Positions 8,325-10,354 of a stretch of 10,354 bases of DNA are shown here, in pieces. Location of the stretch: positions 1 through 10,354 of the forward strand of contig NW_021827465.1 in the NCBI RefSeq assembly GCF_006345805.1, written 5' to 3'. Positions within the stretch are counted from its first letter, which is position 1; each line of letters opens with the position of its first letter. This stretch comes from Octopus sinensis (taxonomy: Eukaryota). A model generated the notes under the pieces. It saw only the letters and a list, made by a program, of their open reading frames with translations, was not told the origin of the DNA and searched no databases. Made by a program: the position numbers and the translations under genes.

Positions 8325-10354
8325 TTTTTAGCTTCAGCTCAGAGCTGCGGCCATGCTGATGCACCGCTGTTTTGCGCTACACTGTTATTACCAGGAGCCT
8401 CCTCCAATATGTGGCACTTGGTGCAGAATGGAGTTTGATATAGCTACCATCATTTGCACCTCTTGCCGTGAGGTAGGTTCATCTGGGACTCTCGCAAGAA
8501 GAGGTCCAGCTTTGATTTAAAAACCGCTACATCTACTTTATACAAGTTCATCAGACTCTTTGGGAGAATATTAAAAAGCTGTGGGCCCTTGAAACCCAGG
8601 CTGTTGCAGTAACTGGTCCTGAAGCGTGATGCCATTGCTGGGATCTTTGGCACTATGCAGTGTCGTCCCGTTCTAGCATTGGTGTAGCTTTCAATGCTAA
8701 AAGTTGGCACAATTCCTTCCAGGATCTTCCAGACATATATTACTGCATACCTCTCCCGTCTTCTCTCCAGGGAGTAGAGTCTTATCTGTTTCAATCTTTC
8801 CCAGTAGCTGAGCTGTTGCAAAGAGACGATCTTCTTTGTGAATCTTCTCTGGATTGCTTCAAGGTCCGCTGTTAATCTCACACTAGTTGGTGACCATAGC
8901 TGTGAGCAGTAATCCAGGCGGCTGAGGACGAATGTCCACCAGAGGACCATCATGGTTTCCTTATCTCTGGTTCTGAATGTTCTTAGGATCCAACCAGCCA
9001 GTCGTCTGCACTTTGTCGCCATCTTGGTAATGTGCACTTGGAAAGAGGTATCATCACTCGTGTCGATACCCAGGTCCCTCACTGACTTACGCTCTGGGAT
9101 TGAAATTCCCTGTGGACCGGTGTACCCTGTAGGTTTAATATTCAGTTTTGGATGCTTGTAGCGCAGGGCCTGGAATTTTTCAGCATCAAACTGCATATTA
9201 TTATCCCCAGCCCATCTGTAGATTGAGTCCAACTCCTGCTGCAGGTGTGCAACATCGCTGGGGTTCTGTATTTTCTGTGAGACTTTCGTATCATCCGCAT
9301 AGCTTGCCAGAGTGGCTATCCAGCCATTTGAGGGCATATCTGAGAGGGCGACTATAAAAAGTAGTGGTCCCAAGACAGTGGAACACCGTTCACTATTTAT
9401 GTGTTCATAGAGGTGGCTCCATTAGCCACTACTGCCTGACTCCTATCTTTCAGGAAGTCATGTAACCACACTCCAAGTTTTTCAGCTATGCCGAGGTCAC
9501 GCAATTTGTGGCATATCATACCATGATCAACCTTGTCAAAAGCTTTTGCAAAATCAAGGTATATTACATCCACATTTGATTTGTTGAGTAACTGCCTCAA
9601 CACCCAGTCATAATGCTGTAAGAGCTGGGTCAGGCAGCTCCTACTTGGTCGAAAACCATGTTGGGTATCACTCAGCAAGTTATTTTCTTCAAGGAATGCG
9701 ATTAGTTTCCATCTGACTATCCGTTCCATGACTTTGCTGATGTGTGAAGTCAGACAGATAGGCCTATAGGTTTTTGGAATCTGCTCTACTTCCCCTTTAT
9801 GTATTGAGCATATTATTCCCTCCTTCAGCCTGCTTGGCAGTTTGCCATTTGTAAGAAAGCTCTGGAAGAGAATCTGGAGGGGTTTTGCCAGGGCATGTTT
9901 ACACGATTTGAGGAGAATTGCTGGGAAACTATCAGGACCAGCAGTTGAGTTTGTGTCCACTTCATCTATGGCTAGTAGTACATCTTCTTCGGTAATGTCA
10001 ATGTATTCTGTTGTAACTGCTTCGCTGGTTATAGGTAAGGCGGCAAAGAAGTCCACTGGTTCGTTCACTTGTCTGTGTTTCAACGGGGTGGTAAAGACAC
10101 TTTTGAACTGGTCATTCAGTATCTCACTGATCTTAGTTGGACTGTCTATGAGGGAGCCATCCTTTTGGGGGAGGGGTCTTATCTTGTAGTGTACTAAGGC
10201 TGTTTCTTTCGCGTAATGAAAGAAGGTCTTTGGGTTTGATTTAATGGTTTTTATAACCCAGGCTTCTTTGTCTGCTTTAGGATTGTTGCAGCCCTTTTTC
10301 AATCTCTATCAGTGTTGTTTTTAGGCGGGACGTTTCGCTGCTTTTGGTGTCGGT
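8320..10354 (-). mobile_element. CR1-like LINE: ORF2 reverse transcriptase pseudogene with intact 3' end, running off the window
   Basis: IKSNPKTFFHY, AGPDSFP, YRPICLTSHISKVMERIV, QHGFRPSRSCLTQL, VDVIYLDFAKAFDKVDH, GVP/TVLGPLLF, YADD (9290-9301), LYSLERRRERY. Lesions: premature TAA at 9397-9399; a frameshifting deletion that removes QG from GVPQG (~9380); frameshifts near 8490 (the likely true end VPDEPT..SNSILHQV..W* stops at 8388-8390) and near 10280. A short 3' UTR and A-rich tail follow. Confidence 0.95.

Noticed and set aside
8660-10189. Plus-strand ORFs antisense to the LINE (also 2693-3140)
   Set aside because: They are shadow ORFs of the RT coding strand with no recognisable motifs.

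Overview
AT-rich, microsatellite-rich eukaryotic non-coding DNA (intergenic or intronic) made almost entirely of decayed transposable elements. No host gene is supported. The SINE and LINE families look like those I recall from Octopus/cephalopod genomes (recollection, not a database hit). From left to right: (1) the 3' end of a frameshifted Penelope-like element (PLE; GIY-YIG, +) with a degenerate hammerhead ribozyme; (2) the 3' end of an RTE-type LINE with a tandemly structured 3' UTR; (3) a CR1-like LINE fragment; (4) a full-length tRNA-derived CORE-type SINE; (5) a nested stack, in which an old element with ~130-bp inverted arms (4327-8064) took up a second PLE (minus; GIY-YIG plus an intact-looking minimal hammerhead, TATTAGGG duplicated at both ends), whose internal (TAA)n was hit by one or two R4/Dong-type elements, and also took up a Tc2/pogo-like MITE; a near-perfect 73-bp palindrome capped by TTAGGG repeats lies inside the same old element; (6) a long CR1-like RT pseudogene whose 3' tail matches the SINE tail. 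I see no convincing wholly new system. The best leads are the ribozymes, the SINE-LINE tail pairing, the nested insertion history and the telomeric palindrome. All alignments were done by eye.
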